A stretch of DNA of 63,991 nt, the filler included, from Perkinsus olseni (taxonomy: Eukaryota), in assembly GCA_013115125.1 (NCBI GenBank). It is 3 parts of 3 records of this genome, joined end to end, with 100 filler letters (N's around TTAATTAATTAA, not from the genome) between each part and the next. Parts side by side here need not be neighbours in the genome. Positions count along the whole stretch, not along the records: positions 45,746 to 63,991 come from JABANN010000617.1; 2 more parts are not named here. The stretch is one strand, 5' to 3'. Of the stretch, positions 49,987-61,512 are shown piece by piece; positions within the stretch are counted from its first letter, which is position 1, and every line of letters begins with the position of its first letter. A program made the position numbers and the translations under genes. The notes beneath the pieces were generated by a model. The model did no database searches and was not told the DNA's origin. It worked only from the letters and a program-made list of their open reading frames with translations.

Positions 49987-50968
49987 AGTTTCCGCTCCAC
50001 TAGAGAGCCACTGCAGAAATGGAGCGGTCGAGTCCTATGTCCACCTTGTCGGAGGAGATTTCACGAGCTCAGACTGACCTGCTCAGTCCAGCATGGCTCA
50101 ATCTTATCTGTGGTACTGAGTCTCCAACGACGGAGAGGTCTATCGACGATGATTAATGATAATTTACCGTGTTACACTTCTCTTGTGGCCTCCTGTGTGT
50201 GGAGGTAGCGACGTCTACATGTGCTGTTGATGCTTGTTCGAGAGGCTTATCCTTGAGCAAAGTGGATCCAATTCTACACAATGAATCCCTGGAGACAGGG
50301 GCGAGGGCGGAATGAGCAAACGTGCTCAGGGTAGCCTAAGGGCAGCACAGTGAGGTATCGCCATAGCTAGCGGCTAGCACGTCTGCCCTAGACTGAGTCT
50401 GGTAGAGTCTAGTAGACTCTAGGGCCCAGAGGCCCATGACACGCCGCTCATGTCATCGTATTGCCTTTCTCATGCCGCAAGGCTAATACAATGCGCGTAT
50501 GCGGTGACCCAGAAAGCCTCGCGTGAATGCACACCGCGTTTCACGAAGAAAGCGTCCTCTGCGCTAAGACTTGAAGTCTTAGACTTCCTCCCCGTACGGA
50601 AAATGAAGGAAGGTTGCAGCCAATATTATTGGCGCGGCCTGACTGCCGATCTCTGACTGCGGCCTGCAACTTGCAGGCCGCAGTGTTCTCGCCAATATCA
50701 AGTTGGTATAAAAAACTGCTATCATAGCAACTGCAGCGTTCTGTCCTTGATGCCGAATCGCGGGGATCGCAACCTTCGAGCAGAATGCTCAGCGGGCACA
50801 GCTCAGTGCAGCGCACGCCAAGGAAGCGGAGGATGCCTCCGCTCGCCCGAGACGACCAAAAAGCCGATTAATCGTGCTACTGTCGTCTCCTCCCCCACGG
50901 TGGGGACGCCCCTTTCCCGGCCATGATTGGATCGCCCCCTTTACTCAGTTAGTACTCATCACATCGAA

Positions 50969-53059
50969 ATGCGGTCGCGAATTTTCATGCCCTTATCATG
51001 GTGGAGTATTCTCGGCTCTTGCAAATTCATCATTGAAGTCTGGGCTCATCGATCAGCTGCACCCAAGCGCGTACTCTCTGGGCTTTATCAGAGCATCGAC
51101 AAAGTGCCATATTTCGACGGTCTCGCCATGAGGCTCTTCAGCGAGAAGCGGTGCGCTCTGGTTTTCCTCGCTGGCACGCCTGCACAACACTTCTTGTCCT
51201 CGTTCGAAACAACCAAGATAGAGATGAAATCATATGACCCACCAGGGAACTCAAGGCGTTACCTACTCTTCGACAAAGATTGCAAAGCGAGATCTACTTT
51301 GAAAAGGGCGAGAACCCTCACGACAGAATTCGGCCAGCGGATGGACTTCGGCGTACACACTATTTTTCCGAGGATCTCCAAACGCCGTAATGTAACACTG
51401 AAGGTTGGAGATGTTATTTTACACATGAAAAAGATTTCTGACGATCCTCGCAAGGCCTTGGAAGCGCCTTTCGAGCAACCATCGCCTGGAGTGTACGTGA
51501 ATGACGGCCCGATATCGGACGCTGCTCTCAGCAGCACTGAAGTGACAGTCGACAACGAGAGAGGCTGCTCCCTTCAGATCGGATTACCGAACAATTCGAC
51601 CATACGTCACTCGGTTGGTTATATGGCGAACAAGGGTCGCTCTCATAGATGCCTCTGGTTCCCAAGGAGGGCGCGGAGGTATCTATTATTTCCTGAGTCC
51701 TCGACGTTCCCTAATGGACATATCTTGCGGGATTTAAAACCGGACGACGCGGGCATCTGTCAAACACCCAGGTTGCGGCTTTACTTGGTCCTTGGTCACT
51801 TGAATATTCTTCTGAAACCAGCATTGAATGCCACTTCACAGCGGCCGTTACGTACCCCTAGACAATCAAATAGAGAAATGCTGCACACCCACCGGAAGCG
51901 TAGCAGTGAGCCCAAGCCTGCGAGCGAGCCTCGAAACCAAGATCGACACGTTAAAGTGGCCAAAAAGGCCCCCCGTATCACCATAGGACCCCCCGCAACA
52001 GCGACAGAAGCTGCCACGAAAACAGACGGCCCGTTGCTGGAGCCGACCCAGACTAAGCGTCCGAGCAGAGCTGCTGAATACCTGGTGAATTATCCCGATA
52101 TCGATTCGCGTTTGCCTCCATCCATCACAAAAAGTGCGTTATCCCGGCCGACGCGTAGAGAATCCCGGAGGGCAAGTGGCGAGAGTGGGCAGGTTGAACT
52201 TCTCCGGCAAGGCGAGCCACCAAACTTCAACGACGAGTCCGGAGAGAAGTCGGCCTTGATTGGCCCGAGGGGCTGGGAAAGTGGGGATCGCCCCGAGTTC
52301 CATGCGGTTTCTCCTCCGGGAGTCGAGCATCGGAGCAGCTTAGAATCGGCTAATGCTGCTCCGCACCTTATGAGTCCAGATGGGAGAGGTGGAGGAGAGC
52401 CTGTTGCGGATTTGCTGGCCTCCTTGGAAGGATGGGTGGTAAAACCAAGCACTCAACCCCAGAAACCGCGGAGCATCTCAGTGCAACCCGCGGCGGATGG
52501 TACGCTTGCGAGCGAGCGACAGGAAAACAGCCTCGCCGCAAGTATCAGTCACGGGCTCGCGGAGAATAAGCCGGGTGAGGAGTTACGCTACACCGAGAAT
52601 ACGGGAAAGCGCGGCAGCAAGCCAGTTGATTACGGGCCCAAAACTACGGTGTCAGCTGTTGATCCGAGTGGGAGCGCATCGGGAGGTGATCTCGACGGTT
52701 TCGGATACCTTCAGAAGGTCGATTCTACGGGAGCGGAGGGAAAGGCATCAGGAACCAACGAGGCCAGATCTTTGAGACCGAGCGACGAGGATACCACTTT
52801 AGAGACTCAACTCTCATTTATTGACGGCGAGATCCCTGAGTGGTCTCCTACTTCGGCGGAGAAACAGGACGTTGAAATCGATCCCGACTTTGATGCTCTC
52901 TTCGTCTCCCCTAACATCACTTGGAGCGATCTACTGTCAGCTGAGCCGGTAGCAGTTCCGAGCGGAGCTGGTGAAGAGTCTCAGGACCTTTCCCTTGATG
53001 AGAAGCTAGCGATAGAAGCTCAAGGACTGCTCGATTTCCTAGACTCTGATAAGCAGTAA
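50969..53059 (+). CDS. secreted-family protein, paralogue B: one domain plus a tail homologous to A
   Basis: Intronless ORF; MRSRIFMPLSWWSILGSCKFIIEVWA is signal-like. Domain SGLYQSIDKVPYFDGLAMRLFSEKRCALVFLAG...PSPGVYVNDGP. The C-terminus LETQLSFIDGEIPEWS...GLLDFLDSDKQ matches A. Confidence 0.8.
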   Translation: MRSRIFMPLSWWSILGSCKFIIEVWAHRSAAPKRVLSGLYQSIDKVPYFDGLAMRLFSEKRCALVFLAGTPAQHFLSSFETTKIEMKSYDPPGNSRRYLLFDKDCKARSTLKRARTLTTEFGQRMDFGVHTIFPRISKRRNVTLKVGDVILHMKKISDDPRKALEAPFEQPSPGVYVNDGPISDAALSSTEVTVDNERGCSLQIGLPNNSTIRHSVGYMANKGRSHRCLWFPRRARRYLLFPESSTFPNGHILRDLKPDDAGICQTPRLRLYLVLGHLNILLKPALNATSQRPLRTPRQSNREMLHTHRKRSSEPKPASEPRNQDRHVKVAKKAPRITIGPPATATEAATKTDGPLLEPTQTKRPSRAAEYLVNYPDIDSRLPPSITKSALSRPTRRESRRASGESGQVELLRQGEPPNFNDESGEKSALIGPRGWESGDRPEFHAVSPPGVEHRSSLESANAAPHLMSPDGRGGGEPVADLLASLEGWVVKPSTQPQKPRSISVQPAADGTLASERQENSLAASISHGLAENKPGEELRYTENTGKRGSKPVDYGPKTTVSAVDPSGSASGGDLDGFGYLQKVDSTGAEGKASGTNEARSLRPSDEDTTLETQLSFIDGEIPEWSPTSAEKQDVEIDPDFDALFVSPNITWSDLLSAEPVAVPSGAGEESQDLSLDEKLAIEAQGLLDFLDSDKQ

Positions 53060-54015
53060 GATTTCCGCTCCACTAGAGAACTACTGCTGAAACGGAGTGG
53101 CCGAGTCGTATGTCCACTTGTCGAAGGAAAGTTCACGCGCTCAGTCAAGCACGGCTCAACAACCATAACTGTAGTACCGAGTGCCTAATGACGCCGTCAT
53201 TATGACGGAGTGGATAATCGTGATGCATCTCCTCTCGTTGTGTGCAGAGATAACGGTGTCCACATGTGCTGTTGATACTTGTTCCACAGGCTCATCCTTG
53301 AGTAAAGTGGTTCCTAGTCTACACGCACGCCGATAATCCGTTGTCGTATACTTCGTTGTCGTATTCATATAGTTCATGGGCGCGCGGGTACGCGCTTCCG
53401 TGCCCTACGGTAATCGCAGTACGATTCTCGACGAGAATTAATCGTTTTGTCTTTGGAACGTGGATTTCACCGACTCCAATTTACTTCAGGAGTCTTAACC
53501 TTGTTTTCGAAATGCTCCGGCACAATAGGTGGTAAGGTAAGGATACCGCTAGAGGGCCAGTCCAACTGTCGAATGATACATCACCCGCGTGACCTAGCTA
53601 ATCTCTCTGCTATCGATGGCTAGACCTCCACAGGGTACATCAGAGTTCACCAAGGTGCCCTCTGTGCTGCCACTCATAATATGAAAAATGACGGAGTGCT
53701 CTTGGCCGCAGCTCCCTCGATATACCAACAGCTGGTTTGTCGCAAGCTGGCAGCCAACTCTAGCGCTCTGTCCGCAATGCTACTTGCTCTGCAGCCGCTG
53801 CTCTGTCCACCGCACGTCAACACAGTGGGAGATTCGTTCGCGCTGTTTTCGCTCGCCCGAGACAGCGGCTGTCACCTGGCTGTCTGATAGCCAGAGAGCC
53901 GAGCTATTATGCTGCTCGCGTCTCCTCCCCCGCGGTTGGGACGCACCTTTCTTGGTCACGATTGGATCGGTCCTTCTAGCGTTCCTTCCACTCAGTTTGT
54001 GTTCACCATATCAGA

Positions 54016-55194
54016 ATGAGGCCAGGAAATTTCACGCTCTCGTTGGGTTGGGTATGGTTGGGTATGCTCAGCACCTTCAAACCCCTTATCGAGATTTGTG
54101 CTCACGGAGCAGCTGCCCCGGAACCCGTACTTTCTGGACTTTATCAGAGCATCGATAAAGTGCCATATTTCGACGGTCTCGCCATGAGGCTCTTCAGCGA
54201 GAAGCGGTGCGCTCTGGTTTTCCTCGCAGGCATGCCTGCACAACACTTCTTGTCCTCGTTCGAAACAACCAAGATGGAGATGAAATCATACGACCCACCA
54301 GGGAACTCGAGGCGTTACCTACTCTTCGACAAAGATTGCAAAGCGAGATCTACTTTAAAAAGGGCTAGAACCCTCACGACAGAATTCGGCCAGCGGATGG
54401 ACTTCGGCGTGAACACTATTTTTCCGAGGATCTCCAAACGTGGTAATGTAACACTGAAGGTTGGAGATGTTATTTTACGCATGAAAAAGATCTCTAACGA
54501 TCCCCGCGAGGCCTTGGAAGTGCCTTTCGAGCGGCCATCGCCGGGAGTGTACGTGAATGACGGCCCGATATCGGACGCTACTCTCAGCAGCGCTGATGTG
54601 ACAGTCGACAACAAGAGAGGCTGCTCCCTTCAGATCGGATTGCCGAACAATTCGACCCTTCGTCACTCGGTTGGTTGTATGGCGAACAGGGATTGGTCCC
54701 ATAGGTGCCTCTGGTTCGCGAAGAAGGCGGGAAAAAGTCGATTACTTCCTGATTCACCGGAGCTCCCCGATGGGCATTTCTTGCGAGATTTGAAGCTGAG
54801 TGACGCGGGCATCTGTGAAACGCCTAGGCTGCAGCTTTACCTGGTCGTCGGTCGCTTGAATATTCTTTTGAAACCAGCATCGACCTCAGAATCCTACCAG
54901 TCGTTACGCACCTCCAGACGATCAAGTACGGAAATGCTGCACGCCCACCGAAAGCGTAGCAGTGGTCCCAGGCCAGCGAGTGGCACAGACCAAGCTGGAG
55001 ATGAAGTGACCCGAAGGCTCTCCGGCATCACCATGGGAACCTCCATAACAGCACCAGGAGCTGTCCGGAAAACTGAAGACCCGTTAGCGGACACCACCCG
55101 GACTCGAACTGCCCAACAGTGGCTTGAGGAAGATGCTGATGACTTCATCCACTGGTTGGACAGCTTTGAAAGTAGTGAGAGTGAAAACGAGTAG
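54016..55194 (+). CDS. secreted-family protein, paralogue C: one domain plus a short acidic tail
   Basis: 392-aa intronless ORF. The domain is nearly identical to B at the DNA level (about 54140-54680 vs 51080-51620). Confidence 0.8.
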   Translation: MRPGNFTLSLGWVWLGMLSTFKPLIEICAHGAAAPEPVLSGLYQSIDKVPYFDGLAMRLFSEKRCALVFLAGMPAQHFLSSFETTKMEMKSYDPPGNSRRYLLFDKDCKARSTLKRARTLTTEFGQRMDFGVNTIFPRISKRGNVTLKVGDVILRMKKISNDPREALEVPFERPSPGVYVNDGPISDATLSSADVTVDNKRGCSLQIGLPNNSTLRHSVGCMANRDWSHRCLWFAKKAGKSRLLPDSPELPDGHFLRDLKLSDAGICETPRLQLYLVVGRLNILLKPASTSESYQSLRTSRRSSTEMLHAHRKRSSGPRPASGTDQAGDEVTRRLSGITMGTSITAPGAVRKTEDPLADTTRTRTAQQWLEEDADDFIHWLDSFESSESENE

Positions 55195-58153
55195 TATTGT
55201 GATTTGACATGGGAGCGCATGATGATGGTAACAATTTAACCAAATCTTGCCGAGCTTGCCATGTACTTCCCCTTGCTTGCATTACGTGTGTTCGTGAGAG
55301 GTTTTGGTTCAGTTTCTGTGAGTTGGTACTCCTGTCACCGCTGGAAAGAGATACAAAACCGAGTGACAGCGTGAGGAAATTATGTATTCGACCGTTGGGT
55401 TCCGTCGAAGGCTAGTGTCACCATCAGTATGCTTCGTACATGAAGCAAGCGTGGGCCATGCACCATGGTGAGAGTAGTCTCCCAGAGCCCTCACGTCCAC
55501 TTATGAAACCTTTCAGGCGAACAAACTTAGTTCTCTCGAACGCCATTCTACCGGTTCTTTCTGTCCTTATCAGGTGGATGCCCTCTGCACTACCTAACAT
55601 AATTCCACTTATAGAAGTACTCCAGCGTCCTCTCTTCAAAGCGAAGGCGCTCATAAAAGAACCACCAGGCGCATGCTGTATATAGACCAAGACAGAGACG
55701 ATTACACCTAAAATGAGGGTGATAACACTATGACTACCATAAGGGCCTACAATAGGAAATCTTGCTGTTCGCGCTTTGGCCGGCACTCCAGACAGCTCCA
55801 AGTGCACACGCCGACAGAAGGCCATCCATCATCGGAATTTCGACACGACTTCTAGCGCTAATAAAACGATACTCTCGCCAAGGTGGCCGAGCGGTCTGCG
55901 GGGCTAGGATCGGTTCTGAGGTCAATCTTGGTGGGGTGGACGAAAGTGAGCCGAAGATTTCACCGATGAATACGCGCGAGGAAACTCATGAAAAACTACG
56001 GCAGTCGCAGAATGAAACGAATCGGCCACTCTTAACGACTGCCGACGATCAATTTCAACAGAAAGTCGACAACTATGAACACGCTCGGTGTAATCTCAGA
56101 TAACATCAGCAACTTGAGTAAATACGAGAACCCACTATTACAACAACAATTGCGTCCCTACTGCCCACCAAAACCATCCGCTGTACCCCGGATGACGACA
56201 CAACCGATACCTACAGGATAAATCGTCATGGCTGAAGCGATACAGCTTCCTTCACTACGCTCCCGTCGTGATGAGCTGCTGATCTCCTTCCTTCTGCAGA
56301 CGAATTCGATGCGTAAAATTGGCCCCCGCACTAAGAAAGCAGTGCGAGATAACTGACTTCTAGGCGGAAGGCAAGACTCTCTAGGCTACGTCTCATCGCT
56401 ACAACGCTGGATCTCAGATGGAGAACGAACAGTGACGAGAGCGTAAGCCTTCGTCGTTCGACGAGAACCAAACGTTCGGGACGTTAAATGCCTCAGTAGA
56501 TTTTTCTAAGGTTCATGTTGTCTTGCTTCACTAGTTGATAAAATTCTTCTTCCATACAGCTCCAGCTAATCCGCGGACAACTCGCCGAACATGATCCCCC
56601 GAAATCTTCTCGCGCATCGAGCCCGGTGCCCTTCCCACTACCTGATAAATGCCGCCCATCGCAGTAATTGTCCTCCTATGGTCACCGCCACGCCCAGCAG
56701 TCGTTCATATTTCGATCCATCTCCTCCTGCCAGAGTGTACTCAGCAGATGCCGCGACCAGGGCTATCGTGTAGGCTGCTGAGTTATTCACTAGGAAAGTA
56801 CTGTATCTGAAGCAAGTTCGAACTCACGCTCGGGCTCTCGGAACAGAAACGACGATCGTCAGATGACCGATCGGAAACGAGGTTAGAATCTTGTCTCGGG
56901 GGAGCACGCTCAAGGCAAGATCACAAAACCTGCTTGCTAGCCGAGCGAATCGCCTGCGGGAAATTTCCAGGACTTCCAAATCGACCCATACTCCGCTGTC
57001 TGTTCAAGCATACTTCAAGATTTTGGATGTGAATCCTTCAAGAAAAACAACCAAGTGCTTCATCTCCAGTAGTAATCATCGAGAGATATTGAATGGACGC
57101 AACTCGATAACACCACAATAAGTATCCTGCTTACGTTATGCTATCCCGATTTTGGAAACAGCAATTGCATGCGAATTCTCCATAGTGAAAAGTCACCAAC
57201 GCGCATATCTGAAAACCCAGCGTTCAGAATCGGGCCTATCCCGGCAACGGCGACTTCTGGGCGTTTTTCTGCAGCCAAACAGACTCGCCGGTCCGGGAAT
57301 TTTTCACACTATCCACCTTCCCGTAGTACGAAGGCCTGCATTGGTATGTTGACTCCCATTGCCGCAAAAGTGACGGCCGTACCGAAAAAGGTACCTGCGA
57401 ACAGACTCGTTTGGAGTCGTAATGATGCCCCTTATGATAAAGGAAGCGGTGGTGTTGTCTGAGCCAGTTTGTCTCTACTCTCAAATGTTGCATTTTCCCT
57501 TCGCAAATTTCACATATCATGAATAACGAAAAAATGAGTGGTGATCTTGCTGCAATATTTATCCAAGTTATCCTCCCTACTACCAAGCGTGGCTGAGGCA
57601 ATCCCTAAAACAATAGGCTTCTTGTTGTCAGGGTCGACGCTTACAAGGCCGAGGACAGCCAACGTCAGGAAAGCGACTAACTCAATCTGAAAACAACACC
57701 AATGACACCCGTGAGAAGCTCGGAATCAGCTCCTCACTGTGTATGAGGTCGGCTGGTCTTGCTGGATCCCCAAGAAGGCTATACCGGCCCCCACTGGGAC
57801 GGCGAGCCAGTATGCTAGTAGCACTGCTACTAAGGGAAGCTCTAGAGCTTTCCGTTTTAATTTCGGCATAGAAAGATGGGAGATCCTGCAGGAGGAGTGT
57901 AAAACTCACGCTTTGTCCCTATTGAAAGAACGATTTCTTTTTCTGGCGTCTCTTTACACGCCTAACGAGGTAAATTGTACGAGTAGCGTACTTCTGAGAC
58001 TCAGAGTCTATTCCGGAATTGATCTGTGCACGTAGAATTGGGTTCAGAATTGATTCGTTAAACATCCTCTTTACGAAGACATCGCGGCTGATTCGCGGCA
58101 TTTTCAACTTTCTGGCTCGTGAAGAACACCATGCGTAGTACGTGCGCCGAAGG

Positions 58154-58232
58154 AAAAATACGCTCGCCGGGGTTCGAACCCCAATCCTTCGGAAGGGTAG
58201 CTCGAACTTCAACCACTCGCGTAAATTTCCGT
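58154..58232 (-). other. tRNA-like Pol III element (tRNA pseudogene or SINE head)
   Basis: Minus strand: ...TACGCGAGTGG (A-box-like)...GGGG-TTCGAA-CCCC (T-arm/B-box) GGCGAGCGTA TTTTT (terminator). I could not fold an acceptor stem or a canonical anticodon loop. Confidence 0.5.
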
Positions 58233-59947
58233 GGGTCTGCGTGCAGATCAGTGGAGAAATATTACCGATGTCAGTGTTCACCTCGCCAAAACGGAAGTCG
58301 CCAGATCAGTAATCTGAGCCGTTCTCGTAGGCTCGAGACCATCTAACGGCGCATGTTCAGCTTAGCTCGATACAAGGCAATCTGCATTAGTCAAGTACAA
58401 GGCAGTTGGTTCAGCCGTATCGATTTCTCTATTTCTCTGGCAGAGAAGAGAATCTCTTCTCTCCAGTTCCACCCGCTGCTCTTTCTTAACTATGCCGGGC
58501 GACAAACTAAAACGAATTTCCGAGATGGAAGAACAAAAACGACGCTTATCCGAAGTCCTCGAGCGTACCAATTATTACAGGTCAGTCCCTTCCTCATTAA
58601 TGCTATCATGAGCATTCAGCAATCATCACTCGCGTGACGGTTTTTGATGGGTAAAGCAAAATTGTATTTTTTCCGACAACTCTTTGGGAGAGCTGATCAT
58701 TCAGCTTCATTTGGAACGGTTTAAGAAGGCTTCGTGGATGGTATGAGAACAACACCGGTGTGACTTGGATATTCGCCGATGCGTTCGGCTCTCGTGGTCT
58801 TCGCGCGTAAATCCGTGTAAAGTGATTACCAGCGGGATTCCCTCGAGATCCATTCGAACTCAGAAGTTTCATGCCAGCTCACATTCTCGTTAACAAGAGA
58901 GGTGAGATCGGATTCACTTCGGAACAGTTATAGATGTGCTCCCTCGAATCGCCGGAGCGTCGTTCTTGCACCACCCTTGTGCGGGTCGGTCGTACCAGTT
59001 GCGTTTGGTGAAGAAATATTTAACCGGGTCGATCCGAGAGTTATGAAGAAGCGTTCCTCTCAGTGTCACTCTGAGACAGTTCAACAAGATGGTGGCAGAT
59101 CAGAACAAGCTTCTCAGTGACACCGTCCGTACGCGTGGCGAAAAGGGCGACAATATCGCAGCTTGTGTAGCGAAAATAGGAAAGCACAGAGACGCTTTGC
59201 TAGAACAGGTGAATGACCGTATGCTCACATGCCGCTCGAGTCCTTTCTCAGAACCGAAAAGTTCTCATCGACAGCGCTGGTGGGCCTAAGATGGTCACGA
59301 GACTAAACGCTTTCGACGAGTCAGAATCATGAGCGGTGTGAGATGGCTGAGCGTGTGTTCAGGTACGTGACGGAGGTTGAGACGAACGACAAGCACTCGA
59401 CCAACCCTGTAGATGATAAAGAGAAAGCTCATCTTTCAGAAGCTAGGAAGGGACGGGAGGAGTTGAAAGTCAACATACCAACGTAACCGATTCTTTTCAG
59501 CTCTGCGATCGATCTTGTCGACTCGCCGATCGTGATCATCTGTGTAGATACCAAACTTTGCTCAGCTCGAGCCTGCGCGAACTTCGCATGGATGAAGCCA
59601 AGTCCGAGCCTGTGATGTGCGTCACTTGTCTGAGGCCTTACAAGGGCACCGGAGCGGCGACGCGAGCCGTCAACGATGACTAACCCGTGAATCCACAAAT
59701 GTCTTCGAATTTTCACTCAAACCGATGTGCCGTATGTCATGTGAACTTATCTGCTCCATCTCTGTTGCGTTGCCCATACCAGTGGCGGCCAAGCCGCAGA
59801 GACTGAGTCAGTGTCCATCCCAACTCGAGGTTGGCACAAGGTGCTGATTCTAGTGGGTGCGTCATGTTCCCGAGCTGGTCAGATTTTTCACCAGTCGAAA
59901 GAGTCTGCCCGTGGATTCAATTGTTACTGTTATTGTTATTGTTCACT

Positions 59948-60068
59948 ATGGGAAAGAAACGGAAGAAGAAAAACTATAAAGAACAGACAGGATTTTCGAA
60001 GGTCAGTTTTGGCCAATTGTGATCGGCTCGTATTAGCGACAAAATCTACAAAACTTGTGCCACCCGAA

Positions 60069-60110
<42 letters not shown>

Positions 60111-61512
60111 TATCATTATCATCATCAGCATCATTATCATCATCATCTCAGCCCGACAGAGGTTCTTTCCCTTCAGTTTTTCTCGATAAAGAAGTTACTC
60201 CCGACGACCTCCCTCCTGAACCTTCGAGGCGAACAAGGTGAACAGAAACTCTCGTCATCCGATGAGCTCTAGACATTTTCAGATTCTCCAAGCAAGGGTT
60301 GGCTCGGGTATTTCACGAATGACTCGGCGGATGAACCGTGGTTCAGTGGGTGGTTCGGTGACGATGACGAACAAAACGACGGGCAAAATGAGGGTAAGGC
60401 ATCCTGCAGACGGTAGGGGTCTTGATTTCACCACAGGTTCGGACGAGAAGAAGTCCAGCAAGAAGGAAAAGTCGAAAACGAAAAAGAAGAGAAAAGAAAG
60501 ACGCGTGAAACGAGAACAATCATGTGAGTTCACCCGAGAGAACTTTGAGTAGCTCTCGGCGCACTCAGCACCGAGCGAATCCGAAGACAATCTTTCATCG
60601 TTTAACGGCTCCAACGACTCCGACCTCGCGAGTGGCGGTCGGTATGGAAGGTCAAGACGTTCTCGAGGCTATTCTGAGTCCGAGGATGAGGACAGCTTCC
60701 ACGAACAAACCTCTGTCGATTCTGAGGCTTCGTTCAACTCACGCCTTGAACGCAGCGGAAGATGTTGCGAACGGTGTGGTTATAGTCCCGGTGGAATCGA
60801 CAGCGAATGCAATGAGAAGGATGAGGACGAAGCTGAGTTCGAGGGGAATGAAGATACTCCGGACTTGGATGACGAGGTCGATCTAGAAGAGATGGACTTT
60901 GATACATTCTGGAAGAACCTGTGGCAAGTCAACGTTGACAGCGGTGACAATGAAAAAGAAAAACGGCAGGATCCCCGGATCGCCGAGCTCGTTGAAAGCG
61001 ACCCCAAGGCCGAGTCCGTCCCTGGGGAGGAGTCCTGGCTGCATCGTCTATGGGAAAAATTCTTCGCAAAAAATAGTGACGCGCCGTCCGAGACAATCAA
61101 TGCTCAGCCGAAAGAAACCAATACCAGCAGCCCTGCGACAACTGGGACTCCAGCAGTACCGGCAGTTCCCGTTTCGGCGGAGCGGAGTTTTCTGAGCGAC
61201 CGAGTCGTTTATCCTGGCGAACTCGAACCCGGATTATTAGTGGAGGATGAGAGTATTCGAAGGACAGAGAAGATCCGAGAGTGGCTCAAGCGCTATGCCT
61301 CGGTCCACAGGGATATCACAACGCACAGTGAAGAATTTCAGCAGCAGATTCTCCCGGCCAGAGCTCCCTGTGGAGCCGTCCGGGCCCTGAGAGATGTGAC
61401 TTTAACATGCTATCGAACGCCATTACCGTCATCGTTTACTGACGATCATGCTCGGGAGATCCGCATGTGCCACAATGGAAGAATGCATGATGGCAGCCTT
61501 CGACGATCATGA
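59948..61512 (+). CDS. acidic, low-complexity hypothetical protein (multi-exon; 3' end uncertain)
   Basis: Spliced MGKKRKKKNYKEQTGFSK|FFSIKKLL...|DSPSKGWLGYF...|GSDEKKSSKK...|SPSESEDNL...DDEVDLEEMDFDTFWKNLWQV..., with phase-consistent GT-AG introns. Confidence 0.55.
60069..60146. repeat. (CAT)n microsatellite, probably intronic
   Basis: About 26 CAT units with occasional TAT/CAG variants, lying inside the first predicted intron of the 59948 gene. Confidence 0.95.

Noticed and set aside
58154-58232. Functional tRNA gene
   Set aside because: The T-arm is good, but I could not form a 7-bp acceptor stem or a 7-nt anticodon loop; kept only as a tRNA-like element.
55400-59800. Possible decayed transposon or genes
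   Set aside because: Only short ORFs, with no recognisable motif, terminal repeat or consistent splice pattern.
59811-60272. ORF with a long poly-histidine tract
   Set aside because: The His run is a (CAT)n microsatellite that falls inside a predicted GT-AG intron of the gene starting at 59948.
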